Shown: positions 1 to 10,415, counted from the stretch's first letter. The stretch: DNA of 64,000 nucleotides from Capsulimonadaceae bacterium (GCA_965215505.1 OZ244065.1:3520001-3584000); one strand, 5' to 3'. The notes: a model not told the origin generated them from the sequence alone. A program made the numbers and translations.

Positions 1-1582
1 GCCTTTGACCCGAGCAGCCCGGTCGGGCCGTACTCCGAGGGCGCGGCCCTGGTCGCGGTTTCGGACGCGACGCCGATCACGAGGCCGGTCGTCATCCCCA
101 CCCGGCGCTATGGCCCGGCCAGCCTCCGCGTCCGGCTGGAAGACGCGCGGGGCCGTCCGGCGCGCGGGACGGTGACGGCGGGCGACAATCTCCAGCCCGC
201 GCGCTATGCGGCCTCGACGGACGCGCACGGCCTGATCGTCTTTGCGGACATGCCGGCAGGGTATTACACGCTCACGGCCCGCCTCGCCGGGCCTCTGGGT
301 GCGACCGCCTTGGGCGGCGCGGGCAGCCCTTTCCCGACGGACGCCGCCCTGCGGGCGCGGATGCGCCAGCCCTCGCCGCAGAGCGTCCACGTCCAGCCGG
401 GCGAGGAGACCGCCGTCACGGTCCGCCCGCAGCCGATCGGGTATCTGCGCCTGCGCCTCGCCGTCCCGAAGGAGCGGGCGAAGGGCTACTACTTCGACGG
501 GAGTCTGTACCCGTATGTCGAGGCGCTCGATACGCGGCAGGACCCCGCCACCGGCGAGTTCCTGGTCGGGCCGCTCCCGGCAGGACGCCGGACCTTCCGC
601 CTGTTCCACAGCTTCCCTGGGCCGCCCTGGCAGTCCGTCCCGGCGGGCGCGGCGACGGTGACGGTGGAGGCGGGCCGGGTGACGCGCGCCGCCCTGGTCC
701 CGCGCGACCCGCCCGGCCCGTCCCTCCTGCTTGAGTCCATCGCCCCTGCGGGGATGGTGCTGCTGGCGGACGGAAAAACGCCGGCCTGGGGGGCGCGGGC
801 GGGCGTCTTCACTTCCGACCGGCAGTTCCCGCTCCGCCTGGTGCGGGCGGACGCGGCGGGCCGCCTGACGCTCTCCGACCGGTGGCAGGGCGCGACATGG
901 CCCTGGAAGCTGACGCCGGGCAACCCGCCGGGTCCCGTCCTCGTCGCCTGGCTGCCGGGGACGGCGGGGGCGGCCATCGCACCGTATGTGCAGGGGCAGG
1001 ATACGCGGCTTGTCCTGCCGCCCGCCGTTTCCCTGCGCGGGCGGGTGACGGCGGGCGGGCTGCCCGTTTCGGGCCTGCCGTCGGGCTTCCGCGTCAAGGC
1101 GGCGTATCAGGGGCGGGGGGCTTTGAACGAGGCGTTGAGCGTGGAGGCGACGGCGCAGGCGGACGGGTCGTTTGAGCTGGCGGGCCTGACGCCGGGGGTC
1201 TACCGGGTCCAGGCGGTGCGGGACGAGATCTGGCTGTCCGAGGCCCGGACGGTGACGGTGGGGGGCGGGTCCGCTCGCGGCCCTGACGCTCGACATCGCG
1301 CCGCCGGGCGCGGCCGTCGTGCTGCACCTGGTGGACGGGGCGGGGAGGCCGCTGGCGGGCCGGGCGGTGACGGTCGCACGCCCCGCCGGGCCGCTGACCG
1401 CATTTGTCTGGCCGGACGGGCTGGCGACGGACGGCGCGGGCGACCTGCGGGTGGACGGCCTGGAAGCGGGTCCGCACCGGCTGACGGTTTCGGGGGTGCC
1501 GGGGGCGGGGGCAGGGTTCAACGTGCCGGTCTGGTCGGCGGACGCGCCGCCCTCAGTGCGGCGGGTGGTGGTGAAGAGGTAG
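1..1582 (+). CDS. Carboxypeptidase-regulatory-like (beta-sandwich repeat) protein, 5' partial, with a frameshift near 1260-1265
   Basis: Frame is open from base 1 with repeated 'TDADGxFxLxGLxPGxYxV'-like units. After the G run at 1260-1265 the sensible protein continues in the 1319-1582 frame (LTLDIAPPGAAVVLHLVDGAGRPL...). Confidence 0.65.
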
Positions 1583-1586
1583 TCGG

Positions 1587-1798
1587 CCCCGGAGTGCCCG
1601 GCGTTAAACCGCCGGTCCACACGGACGGGCCTCCCGCTTCGGGGCTTCGGAAAAAGGGCGCGGGTGAAATGAGAGGGCGCAGCAAGCAGCGCCCCTACAA
1701 TACGCAGAATGATGTTGTCCGAAGCCCCGAAGTGGGCGGCCCACCGGCGAAGCCGGGAATACCCTAATGAAACCTTAGACCGGCCCTTCAGGGCCGGG
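1587..1798. repeat. Composite REP-like element (family B arms around a GTAG-type REP at 1675-1698)
   Basis: Hairpins ccggcgttaaaccgccgg and ccggcccttcagggccgg. Related copies at 19681, 22271, 26818, 32603, 44332 and 45652. Confidence 0.75.
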
Positions 1799-1976
1799 GA
1801 CGATGGGCCGGGTCATATCCATGGCGAGCGCTGGGGCCGCACGCCGGGGGCTTTTTCCTGTCACCCGTCTGCACGGGGGTGTCGGAATGAACAAATGGGG
1901 GCGGCAGGCGTTCTATAAAGCAAACACCCCCATCAAGGCCGATGAACGAAAAACGACTGAAAGGCGACCCGTTCCC

Positions 1977-2727
1977 ATGGAAAAACTGCCCGTGACGATA
2001 ACGCTAAAAACACTGCTCCCGGCGGCGCTGCTGGCGCTGGCCCTGTCCGCCGGCCAGGGCGTCCGCGCCGACGCCCCGGCTGCCTCAGCCCCACCGGCCA
2101 CCGCGACGGCCCCGGCTGCCGCGACGGCCCCGGCGGGGTCGTTCGAGGTCAAACTCGCGCCGCTCGTGCCCGGCAGCGCCGCCGCCGCCCTGGACGCCCT
2201 GGCCGGCAAGCCGCAGATCGTCGGCATCACGACCAAGAGCGGGGCGATGTTCCTCGGCCGGGTCCTCTCGGGCGACCACACCAACTACGCCGTGCAGGCG
2301 TTCCACTTCGTGGGTCAGCCCCGGACCGTGTCCCAGATCGTCGGCACGGGCCGCTACCGGCGTACCGTGCGGACGCGCGTACCCACCACCCTCCCGGACG
2401 TCCAGGCCGTCGGGTATCTGCTGCAAGGGGCGGCCGGCTCCAGGGTGAACCCGCCCGAGGCCCTCGCCGGGTCGGGGACGCTGGCCGCCTCCGACATCAA
2501 GTGCCTCCAGGCCCTCTCTCCGCCCACCAAGGCCGCCCGCAAGGCCGCGCGGAAGGCCGTGACGACAACCGTGGCCGCCGCCCCCGGCCCCTTCCACGTC
2601 TACCGCCCCTCCTACGTCTACCGCCCCTCCTACGTCTACCGCCCCTTCCATATCAGCCGCCGCGCCTGTCTCCCCGTGGGCCTGGACGCTGACCACGCTC
2701 TGGCCGCCGGCCGCGCCCAAGAAGTAG
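1977..2727 (+). CDS. Secreted hypothetical protein, probable frameshift at the C run 2581-2585
   Basis: RBS gaaagg and signal peptide (LLPAALLALALSAGQGVRA). Removing one C gives PSTSTAPPTSTAP...WPPAAPKK* ending at 2727, just before a terminator. Confidence 0.6.
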
Positions 2728-2764
2728 CGCCCGGCGGCGAGAAGCCCCGGCGGCGAGAAGCCGC

Positions 2765-2795
2765 GCCCGCCTCCCCAGACGGAGGCGGGCTTTTT
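2765..2795 (+). terminator. Rho-independent terminator
   Basis: gcccgcctcc-ccagac-ggaggcgggc followed by TTTTT. Confidence 0.75.
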
Positions 2796-2903
2796 CGTGC
2801 GAAGTCCCGCTTTCTGGTGCGTATGCTTACTTCTCGCTCTTTTCGGGTAATCGTGACTATTGCTCTTTCCGAGGCGGGACCGCTCCCGTAGAAAGCCTTA
2901 GCC

Positions 2904-3134
2904 ATGGTGGTCATTACCTGCATCGCGCGCCAGACGCTGGAGATCGGTGAAGACGTGGAGGTCATGGTCGTTGAGGTCGCGCCGGGCGAGGTGCGGCTCG
3001 CCGTCCGCGCTCCGGGCCGGTGCGTGACGCGCCTTGACTCGATCCCCCTGCCTTCCAGCGCCTCGGAGCTGCGCCTGGTCCACCTGGAGGGCGGGTCGGG
3101 CTGGCCGCACCGCCGGGCGCGGGGCAGTAAGTAG
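2904..3134 (+). CDS. Divergent CsrA-like carbon storage regulator
   Basis: MVVIT..RQTLEIGEDVEVMVVEV..GEVRLAVRAP matches the CsrA pattern (IGDxVxVxVxxVxGxxVRIGxxAP). Confidence 0.65.
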   Translation: MVVITCIARQTLEIGEDVEVMVVEVAPGEVRLAVRAPGRCVTRLDSIPLPSSASELRLVHLEGGSGWPHRRARGSK

Positions 3135-3289
3135 CCGCCGGGAGCGGGTGCCGGTGCATCGCGTGTAGACGGGCGCAAGACCGGGTAGGAAGAAGCAGCG
3201 CGCGCGGCGAAGATAGAAGGCAGCCGTTCACAGAAATCGCACGCGAGAGGCGCGCGCAAAGACCGCGCGAAGATCAAGGAGCCAGAGAC

Positions 3290-3916
3290 ATGCCTGAAGA
3301 CCCGAACAGCCCCGGCGAGCCGCAACGCGACATCAACGGGAACCCGGTCCCGCCGCCCGGACAGTCGCCCTTCGGGGCACCGCCCGCTCGGCCCCTGCCG
3401 GGCAATACCCCTCCGCCCCCCTCCTTCGGCGGCCCCGCGCCCGGCGCACAGCCCGGCGCGCAGCAGTACGGCCAGGCCGCCGAGCAGAAGTACGACCTGT
3501 CCGGCAACCCGATCCCGTCATCGAGTACCCCGCCCCCCGCCGCCCCCTACGGGGCACCGGCCGGTCAGGCCCCCGCCTGGCCGCCGCCCGGCGGGGCCTA
3601 CGGACAGCCGGGCGCGTATGGGCAGCCCGGCGGGTTCGTGCAGCCCGGCTACTACCCGGTCCAGGTCAAGGGCACTCAGATCCTGGTCATGGGCATCCTG
3701 AGCTTCTTCTGCTTCGGCATCATCCTCGGCCCGATGGCCTACACCCAGGGCAACTCCGCCCTGGCCGCGATCGACCGGGGCGAGGCCGACCCGATGGAAC
3801 GGGGCAAGGTGAACGCGGGACGCATCTGCGGCCTCATCGGCGGCATCCTCGCCGCGATCATCATCGTGGTCCGTGTCGGCATCCTGATCACGACCTTCTC
3901 CCACGGCACCCACTGA
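3290..3916 (+). CDS. Pro-rich membrane protein with C-terminal DUF4190-like domain
   Basis: Pro/Gly-rich N-terminus, then GILSFFCFGIILGP...AGRICGLIG two-TM motif. RBS aagga. Confidence 0.75.
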   Translation: MPEDPNSPGEPQRDINGNPVPPPGQSPFGAPPARPLPGNTPPPPSFGGPAPGAQPGAQQYGQAAEQKYDLSGNPIPSSSTPPPAAPYGAPAGQAPAWPPPGGAYGQPGAYGQPGGFVQPGYYPVQVKGTQILVMGILSFFCFGIILGPMAYTQGNSALAAIDRGEADPMERGKVNAGRICGLIGGILAAIIIVVRVGILITTFSHGTH

Positions 3917-3959
3917 CGCCGCGCCGTGGTCGGCCGTGTTCGCATCGGTCACAGCCATG

Positions 3960-3994
3960 AAAGCCTGTCCCTTACCAGAGGGACAGGCTTTTTT
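3960..3994 (+). terminator. Rho-independent terminator
   Basis: aaagcctgtccct...agggacaggctttttt. Confidence 0.8.
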
Positions 3995-4134
3995 CTCGCC
4001 CGACTCTTATGGCCGGACGCTCCGGCCCGCCGCCTCTTGCGCCGGACGTGCTATAATCTCGCTAGTGGCTCCCCGGCTGCGCTTTGGGGCGATCCGTGCC
4101 GGGACACGGGGAGTGCGGGAGAAGAGGATCTTTT

Positions 4135-5241
4135 ATGACGGACGGCGACCACGGACCCACGGGCCAAGAACCACCGGGCCAAGAACCACCGGGCCAAGAA
4201 CCACCGGGCCAAGAACCCGTAGGCGGACGCACAGGCGGATACGTCCTCGGCCAGCCGCCCCCCCGGCCGGGCCGGACGCACCTGCTGTGGGACAACGGCG
4301 GCGGGACGGCGGCGGTGTGGCGTCTGGGCGAGTCCGGGCCAGGGGGGTCCGGGCCGGGGGAGTCCGCGCCGGGGGAGTCCGCGCCGGAGGGCCTGGAGGC
4401 GTCGGACCGGCAGCAGTTCGGGCCGTTCACGGGCTGGGCGGCGCGCGCCCTGGCGGTCGGGCCGAGCGAGCGGGTGTACCTGCTCTGGACGGGGCCGGGG
4501 CGGTCGGCCTCGGTCTGGAGCGTGGACATGGAGGCGGGGGCGGCGCGGCACCTGGAGTACGGGCCTTACGGCGGGTGGAAGGCGCGTGCCCTGGCGGTCG
4601 GCCCGGACGGTGTGCTGCGGGTGCTGTGGTCGGGGGCGGGCGGGGCGGCGGCTTTGTGGAGCCTGCCGGAGCAGAGTTTCGGGACGGGCGGGGTGCCGGA
4701 CTCGCTGGACTGCGGGCCGTTCGCGGGCTGGGAGGCGCGCGCCCTGGCGGTCGGCCCGGACAACCGGGCGCACCTGTTGTGGACGCGCGGGGACGGGGCG
4801 GCGAGCGTGTGGGCGGTCGGGGCGGACGGCCGGGCGCAGCCGAGCGAACACGGGCCGTATGACGGGTGGAGCGCGGTGGGCGTGGCGGCCTCGGGGCGCG
4901 GCGGGAGCCGGCTGCTCTGGCGGGGCGCGGGCGGCTACGCCTCGCTCTGGGACGTACAGGCCGCAGGGGTCGGGCAGGGCGGGGTCGGGCAGGGCGGGGT
5001 CGGGCAGGGCGGGGACGAGCGCGCGCCCGACGAGCGCCCGCAGGCGGTGCATGGGCCGTTCGCGGGCTGGACTGCGGCGGCGGTGGCGGGGGGCGCGGGC
5101 GACGCCGCCCATGTGCTGTGGCGGCGCGAGGGCGGCGGGCTGGCCTCCGTGTGGCGTCTGGGCGCATCGGACGGGGGCGACCACCGGGAGTGCGGACCGT
5201 TCGTGGGCTGGACGCCGGTAGCCCTGGCGGTGGGGCCGTAG
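4135..5241 (+). CDS. Six-repeat putative beta-propeller protein (HLLW...W...GP...W..xALAVGP repeats)
   Basis: Six repeats visible in the translation, homologous to the C-terminus of 20055-22154. Confidence 0.7.
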   Translation: MTDGDHGPTGQEPPGQEPPGQEPPGQEPVGGRTGGYVLGQPPPRPGRTHLLWDNGGGTAAVWRLGESGPGGSGPGESAPGESAPEGLEASDRQQFGPFTGWAARALAVGPSERVYLLWTGPGRSASVWSVDMEAGAARHLEYGPYGGWKARALAVGPDGVLRVLWSGAGGAAALWSLPEQSFGTGGVPDSLDCGPFAGWEARALAVGPDNRAHLLWTRGDGAASVWAVGADGRAQPSEHGPYDGWSAVGVAASGRGGSRLLWRGAGGYASLWDVQAAGVGQGGVGQGGVGQGGDERAPDERPQAVHGPFAGWTAAAVAGGAGDAAHVLWRREGGGLASVWRLGASDGGDHRECGPFVGWTPVALAVGP

Positions 5242-5284
5242 GGTATACTGGAGTCAATGGGAATGAAGCGATGAGGATGAAACC

Positions 5285-5908
5285 ATGAAAACGTCCGTCA
5301 GCGCCAAGCGCTGCCCGCAGTGCGGGAAAGTGACGGGTCTGCACACCGAGACGTGCGGGGAGTGCGGGCACCGGTTCCGGACGCACTTTGAGGAGCCGAC
5401 GGACCGCACGGAGGCGTTCGACGCCCACATGCTGCCGCGCCCGACCGCCGCGCGCCCGGCTGGCTCGCGCCGGCGGGCCTCGCCGTTCGTGCTGGCCTTC
5501 CTCGGCTCCTTCTGCGTGGTGGCCTCGGTGGGGGTGGGGGCGTGGCTGGCCTGGGCGCTGACGCGCGGCCCGTCCGACCTGCCCGCCCGGAATGCGTCGG
5601 GCGTGTCGGCGGGTGCCCCGCTGGCGGCCTCCTACGGGGACGGCCGCCGCACGGGCCGGGCGGAGGACCTGTACGAGCGCCTGGAGATGGCGATGTCGCT
5701 GTACGACGTGGACCAGGCGGCGGGCGGCATGGGGCGTCTGATCCGCTCGCCGGACGCCCACGTCCTGCTGCTGTCCTATGACTACCCGGACCAGAGCGTG
5801 CGCGTCTCGCTGTACCGCGGCGACCTGACGGGGGACGACTACCGGGTGCAGGCGGTCGCGCTGTACCGGGGCAAGACCTTGCTGCACCGGCACGCGGACG
5901 ACAACTAG
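5285..5908 (+). CDS. Zinc-ribbon single-TM hypothetical protein
   Basis: CPQC...CGEC at the N-terminus and one hydrophobic helix. Confidence 0.65.
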   Translation: MKTSVSAKRCPQCGKVTGLHTETCGECGHRFRTHFEEPTDRTEAFDAHMLPRPTAARPAGSRRRASPFVLAFLGSFCVVASVGVGAWLAWALTRGPSDLPARNASGVSAGAPLAASYGDGRRTGRAEDLYERLEMAMSLYDVDQAAGGMGRLIRSPDAHVLLLSYDYPDQSVRVSLYRGDLTGDDYRVQAVALYRGKTLLHRHADDN

Positions 5909-5918
5909 GGGCTTGCAC

Positions 5919-6082
5919 CCTCTCCCGCCGCGCGAGCGCGGCACCCTCCCCTCGGAGGGAAGGGGTTTAGAACTAGCCCGGATAGCGGCCTTTGTCTCCC
6001 GCCACTGGGCCAGTGACCGCGCCCGTTGTCCGGAACCCTTCCCTCCGAGGGGAGGGGTGCCGCGCTCGCGCGGCGGGAGAGG
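5919..6082. repeat. REPIN-like long inverted repeat (family C), copy 1
   Basis: Arms cctctcccgccgcgcgagcgcggcaccctcccctcggagggaaggg and its reverse complement. Confidence 0.85.
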
Positions 6083-6092
6083 ATCGAGACGC

Positions 6093-9000
6093 CTACGCCG
6101 CCGCCAATTCCCGCCCCGCCTCCCGCCACTCGTCCCCCGCCCCGCCGCCGGTGTTGGCCGGGGGGCCAGCCGCGCCGCGCGCCGGGGGCAGCAAAGCTTC
6201 CAGGCGCTCGGGCGGGACGGGCGGGCTGAACAGGAAGCCCTGCATCTGGTCGCAGCCGAGACGCGCCAGGGTCCGCCGCTGCCCCTCGCGCTCCACCCCC
6301 TCGGCGATCACCTCCAGCGACAGGGCGTGGGCCATGTCAATGACGGCCCGGACGACGGCCTCGTCGTGGAGGCCGTCCTCATCCCCGCCCCCCTCGCCGT
6401 TCCCCTCGCCACGGTCCGCGCCGTCCCCGGCCGCGTTCCCGGCCAGGCCGAGGACGAACGAGCGGTCCACCTTCAGGACGTCGAGCGGCAGGCGGCGCAG
6501 GTAGGACAGCGACGAGTAGCCCGTCCCGAAGTCGTCCACCGACAGCCGGATGCCCAGGGCGCGCAGCGCGTTCAGGCGGCCCGCCGCCGTCTCGCCCAGG
6601 CCGTCCGCTCCTCTGCCGTCCGCTCCTCTGCCGTCCGCTCCTCTGCCGTCCATCCCCTTCCCGTTCAGGTTCTCGATTAGGGCGCTCTCGGTCAGCTCCA
6701 GGTCCAGCAGGCGCGGGTCCAGCCCCGCCGCATCCAGGGCGGCCCGGACGGAGGGGACCAGGCCGCGCTCGCCGAGCTGGCGGGCGGACAGGTTGACCGA
6801 GACGCGCAGGGGGCGGCCCTCGCGCGCCCAGACGGCGGCCTGGCGGCAGGCCTCCCGCAGCACCCAGTCGCCGAGCGGGACGATCAGGCCGGTCTCCTCG
6901 GCCAGCGGGATGAAGCGGCCCGGCGAGACCATGCCCCACTCGGGGTGACGCCAGCGGACGAGGGCCTCGGCCCCGACGATCTCGCCGGTGGCGGACGAGA
7001 CCTGCGGCTGATAGAAGAGGACCATCTCGCCGTGCCCGTCCGCCTCCGCCCTCTCCCCGCTTCCTTGTGCCTCGATGGCCTTCCGCAGACTGTTCTCCAC
7101 ATGGAGCCGGTCCTCGGCGGCCTCGGTCATGGCGGGCGTGAAGCGCCGCCAGCGCCCGCGCCCCTCGGACTTCGCGTGGTACATGGCGAGGTCGGCGTGC
7201 TTGAGCAGGGTCTCGGCGTCCGCGCCGTCCTCGGGGAACCGGCTGATGCCGATGGAGGCGGCGACGTGCAGCTCGTGGCCCTCGATGGTGACGGGGGCGG
7301 CCAGGCTGTCGAGCAGGTCGGCGGCGGCGGTGGCGGCGTCCTCCCCCGCCGCGCGCCCGCCTTCGGGCACCAGCAGCAGGGTGAACTCGTCGCCGCCCAT
7401 CCGGGCGAGGACGTCCTGGGGGCCGCCGTGCTGGGCGTGGCGGGCGGCGAACCGGCTGGCGACCTCCTGGAGCATGTAGTCGCCGGCGACGTGGCCGAGG
7501 CTGTCGTTGACGTGCTTGAACAGGTCGAGGTCCATGAACAGCAGCGCGAACGGCTCGGCCCGGCCGATGGCGTCGTCCAGCGCCTCGCCGAATCGGGCGC
7601 GGTTGGGCAGGGAGGTGAGCGGGTCGGTGTAGGCCTGCCAGCGGATCAGGGCGACGGCCTTCTTCTGCTCGGCCTCGGCCCGCTTCTGGGCGGTGATGTC
7701 GCGGGAGATGACCGAGGCGCCGATCAGCGCCCCGGTGTCGCTGCGGAGCGGGGAGGAGCGGAAGGAGATGTCTATCGGGGACCCGTCCTTGCGGAGCCGG
7801 GTGGTGTCGGCGATCTCCAGCGCCTCGCCCGCCTCGATGGCGGCGGCGATGCGGGCGCGCTCGGCGTGCAGGGCCGGCGGGAACAGGCGGGCGACGTTCT
7901 GCCCGATCATCTCCTCCGCCGTCCACCCGTACAGCCGCTCCGCGCTCGGGTTCCAGGTCAGGACGGTGCCGTCGAGGGTGCGGGAGACGATGGCATCGTG
8001 GGAGGAGTGGACGATGGCGGCCAGCCGGTTCAGCCCCTCCTGCCCCCGGCGGCGCTGGGTGCTGTCGAGGGCGACGCCGATCACGCCCTGCGGCGTGCCG
8101 TCCTCGCCCAGCAGCGGGAGGCACTGGGTCTCCCAGGAGTAGCCCCCCACCTCGGTGGTGTAGGTGACGGCCTCGCCGCCCAGCGCGCGCCGGATGTCGG
8201 CGAGGAGGGCGGGCGCGTCCGCGCGCAGGTCAAAGACGGACCGGCCCACCGCCTGCCCCGGCGCAAGCCCGAGCAGGCGCAGGCCCTTGCCCTCGGACAT
8301 GGTGAAGACGCCCTGGGTGTCCAGGCTGAACAGGATGAGGGGGGCGTTGTCCACCACGGTCTGGAGCCGGTCCTGCGCCTGCCGCAGCAGCTCCTCGGCC
8401 CGACGCCGGGCGGTGATGTCCTGGGCGATGCCCATGGCGGCGTCCTGCACCTCCCAGACCAGCGGGTGGGAGGTGATCTCGGCCCAGAGCAGCTCGCCCG
8501 ACTTCGTCAGGTGCCGCCAGACGCTGCCCGCCTGCGCGGTGCCGACGCTGCGGCGGACGGCGTCGCGGTCCTCGGGGGGCCGGATGTCCAGCAGGGTCAT
8601 CGCCAGGAACTCCTCCCGGCTGTAGCCGTAGCGCCGCACGGCGGCCTCGTTGACGGCCAGGAAGGCCAATGTCTGTTTGTTGTAGACCCACATCGGGAGC
8701 GGGTTCCGCTCGAACAGCAGGCGGTAGCGCACCTCGCTCTGGCGCAGGCCGTCCTGGGCGCGCAGGGCGGCGCGGAAGCCGGCCCCGGCGGCGCGGGTGA
8801 CGGCGAGGGCGAGGGCCAGCGACAGGAGGAGGATGACGCCCTGCCGGGCCTGGCCGAGCCGGAGGGTGCGCGCCCGCATCCGCGTCTCCGCCGCGCCCTT
8901 GCGGACCCGGTAGGCGTCCAGGCCCTTGCCCAGTGCGTCGAGACGGATCTCCAGGGCGTGGCGGGCGGCCGTCCCCTGCGACTCCCACAGGGCGCGCGCT

Positions 9001-9446
9001 TCGGCGCCCCGCCCCCCGCCGGACAGGCGGATCGCACGGTCCTCCAGGGGGGCGCAGACGGCCCGCTCCTGGCGCGCGGCCTCGGCACACTGCGCCCGCA
9101 GGTCGGCGTCGCCGGGCAGGCTTTGGAGGGTGGCCTGGAGCGCCTCGAACCCGGCCCGAACGTCCTCGTCGGCCTCCCGCTTGCGCTCGCGCTTCTCGGC
9201 CTGGGCCGTGTAGACGTAGCCCTGGGTGTCGGAGGCGGCGTCCCGCGCGGCCAGCGTGACTGCGGCGATCCCGGCCCCCCCCTCGCGGACGCGCGCGTCC
9301 GTGACGGAGGCCTGGTCGAAGCTCTCCTTCATCGCCGTCCCGGTCAGGACGTCGCCCGCCAGGCCGAGGAGGAGGACGAGGAAGAAGCTCGCCGCGAGTA
9401 CCCTGCCCATCCCCCACTGCGGGGATGGGGCTTCGGATTTAGTCAT
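6093..9446 (-). CDS. Membrane-anchored PAS-PAS-PAS-GGDEF-EAL diguanylate cyclase/phosphodiesterase
   Basis: Two TM helices, three PAS/PAC-like segments, DPLTSLPNR, ARMGGDEF, EALVRW and DDFGTGYSSL motifs. Confidence 0.93.
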   Translation of the reverse strand: MTKSEAPSPQWGMGRVLAASFFLVLLLGLAGDVLTGTAMKESFDQASVTDARVREGGAGIAAVTLAARDAASDTQGYVYTAQAEKRERKREADEDVRAGFEALQATLQSLPGDADLRAQCAEAARQERAVCAPLEDRAIRLSGGGRGAEARALWESQGTAARHALEIRLDALGKGLDAYRVRKGAAETRMRARTLRLGQARQGVILLLSLALALAVTRAAGAGFRAALRAQDGLRQSEVRYRLLFERNPLPMWVYNKQTLAFLAVNEAAVRRYGYSREEFLAMTLLDIRPPEDRDAVRRSVGTAQAGSVWRHLTKSGELLWAEITSHPLVWEVQDAAMGIAQDITARRRAEELLRQAQDRLQTVVDNAPLILFSLDTQGVFTMSEGKGLRLLGLAPGQAVGRSVFDLRADAPALLADIRRALGGEAVTYTTEVGGYSWETQCLPLLGEDGTPQGVIGVALDSTQRRRGQEGLNRLAAIVHSSHDAIVSRTLDGTVLTWNPSAERLYGWTAEEMIGQNVARLFPPALHAERARIAAAIEAGEALEIADTTRLRKDGSPIDISFRSSPLRSDTGALIGASVISRDITAQKRAEAEQKKAVALIRWQAYTDPLTSLPNRARFGEALDDAIGRAEPFALLFMDLDLFKHVNDSLGHVAGDYMLQEVASRFAARHAQHGGPQDVLARMGGDEFTLLLVPEGGRAAGEDAATAAADLLDSLAAPVTIEGHELHVAASIGISRFPEDGADAETLLKHADLAMYHAKSEGRGRWRRFTPAMTEAAEDRLHVENSLRKAIEAQGSGERAEADGHGEMVLFYQPQVSSATGEIVGAEALVRWRHPEWGMVSPGRFIPLAEETGLIVPLGDWVLREACRQAAVWAREGRPLRVSVNLSARQLGERGLVPSVRAALDAAGLDPRLLDLELTESALIENLNGKGMDGRGADGRGADGRGADGLGETAAGRLNALRALGIRLSVDDFGTGYSSLSYLRRLPLDVLKVDRSFVLGLAGNAAGDGADRGEGNGEGGGDEDGLHDEAVVRAVIDMAHALSLEVIAEGVEREGQRRTLARLGCDQMQGFLFSPPVPPERLEALLPPARGAAGPPANTGGGAGDEWREAGRELAAA

Positions 9447-9636
9447 GAAGATGGTCTTGCTTTCCAGGCGTGGCGGCGGGCTTCCGGGAGGGTGTAGGCG
9501 GCTTGCTTCCTGATTGTTCCACACTCGGGCACTTCTCACCCATCTCGGTATTCTCCTTGCCCGCTTCCATTGTCGGCAGGAAGCAGGCGTCCCCTCAGCC
9601 CTCCGAAAGACGGTAGACAAAGTTATGCTAAAAGGC

Positions 9637-9665
9637 TTGACATGCGAACAAAACAAGTGTATACT
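9637..9665 (+). promoter_or_regulatory. sigma70-type promoter of the phage-head module
   Basis: TTGACA-17 bp-TATACT. Confidence 0.8.
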
Positions 9666-9781
9666 ATCTTCACCCCCGGCCCGTGGCGGTCCTCCAAGCC
9701 TTCCAGGCCACGGGACGGGGATTCCGATGCCGGTAATTCTGACTTTTTGCTATTCTGGAAAATGGAGAGAGGACAACGCTG

Positions 9782-10195
9782 ATGACCGCACTTTCCGCTT
9801 CCTATGACGCCCGCCGCAAGGACGGCGCGCTGGTCTCGTGCCCCGTGGGCGCGGGTGTCCACGTCTTCAAGAGCGCCCTGCTGGCCGTCGCCGCGACGGG
9901 GCTGATCCAGCCCGCCGGGGACGCGCCCGGCCTGGTCTTTGCGGGCGTCGCCTACGAGGAGAGCGACAACACGGGCGGCGCGGCCGGCGCGAAGTCCGTG
10001 CGCGTGCTGAAGACCGGCGTCTTCACGCTGGCGAAGGCCGGGGCCGCCCAGACGGACGTCGGCAGGCCCGCGTTCGTCCTGGACGACGCCACCGTGTCCA
10101 CGGCGGCCACCGCCGACAGCCTGGCCTGCGGCATCGTGGTCGGCACCGAAGGCGGCGCGCATGTGCAGGTGCGGATAGACAGCAAGGCGGGGTGA
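9782..10195 (+). CDS. Mu-like phage capsid cement/decoration protein (DUF2190-like)
   Basis: MTAL...RKDG...PV.AG...FAGVA.E..DNTGGAAGAKSVRV...DVGRP.FVLDD.TV pattern, typical of the small gene next to gpT in Mu-like phages. Confidence 0.75.
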   Translation: MTALSASYDARRKDGALVSCPVGAGVHVFKSALLAVAATGLIQPAGDAPGLVFAGVAYEESDNTGGAAGAKSVRVLKTGVFTLAKAGAAQTDVGRPAFVLDDATVSTAATADSLACGIVVGTEGGAHVQVRIDSKAG

Positions 10196-10209
10196 GGCCG
10201 CTCGCGTCC

Positions 10210-10389
10210 GATCCTCTCCCGCCGCGCGGGCGCGGCACCCTCCCCTCGGAGGGAAGGGGTTTTAGAGTAGGAAAATCCCCTCGCCGCTTGACCAGAGGCA
10301 GGGCCTTCCTCAACGATCTTAAGGCCCTCTTGTCGGAAAACCCTTCCCTCCGAGGGGAGGGTGCCGCGCTCGCGCGGCGGGAGAGGATC
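10210..10389. repeat. Family C inverted repeat, copy 2
   Basis: Same arms as 5919-6082. The right arm abuts the RBS of the next gene. Confidence 0.85.
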
Positions 10390-10415
10390 AGAAAGGATCA
10401 GAAAGGAAACCGAAC

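Noticed and set aside
1803-2891. ORF track versions 172-1767 and 1803-2891 as full genes
   Set aside because: Their C-termini run out of frame through repeats or a terminator after homopolymer frameshifts.
6379-9497. Long overlapping or antisense ORFs (also 20052-22247, 24985-26664, 45807-47903 and others)
   Set aside because: High-GC shadow frames of well-supported genes.
9613-9621. GTAGACAAA as a shared operator (also at 45448-45467 and 56928)
   Set aside because: At the other two sites it is explained as a TAGACA -35 box, and it is too short to support a regulon.
9646-9660. LexA box in the head promoter spacer
   Set aside because: Only one GAAC half-site is present, with no match to GAAC-N4-GTTC or GAAC-N7-GAAC.
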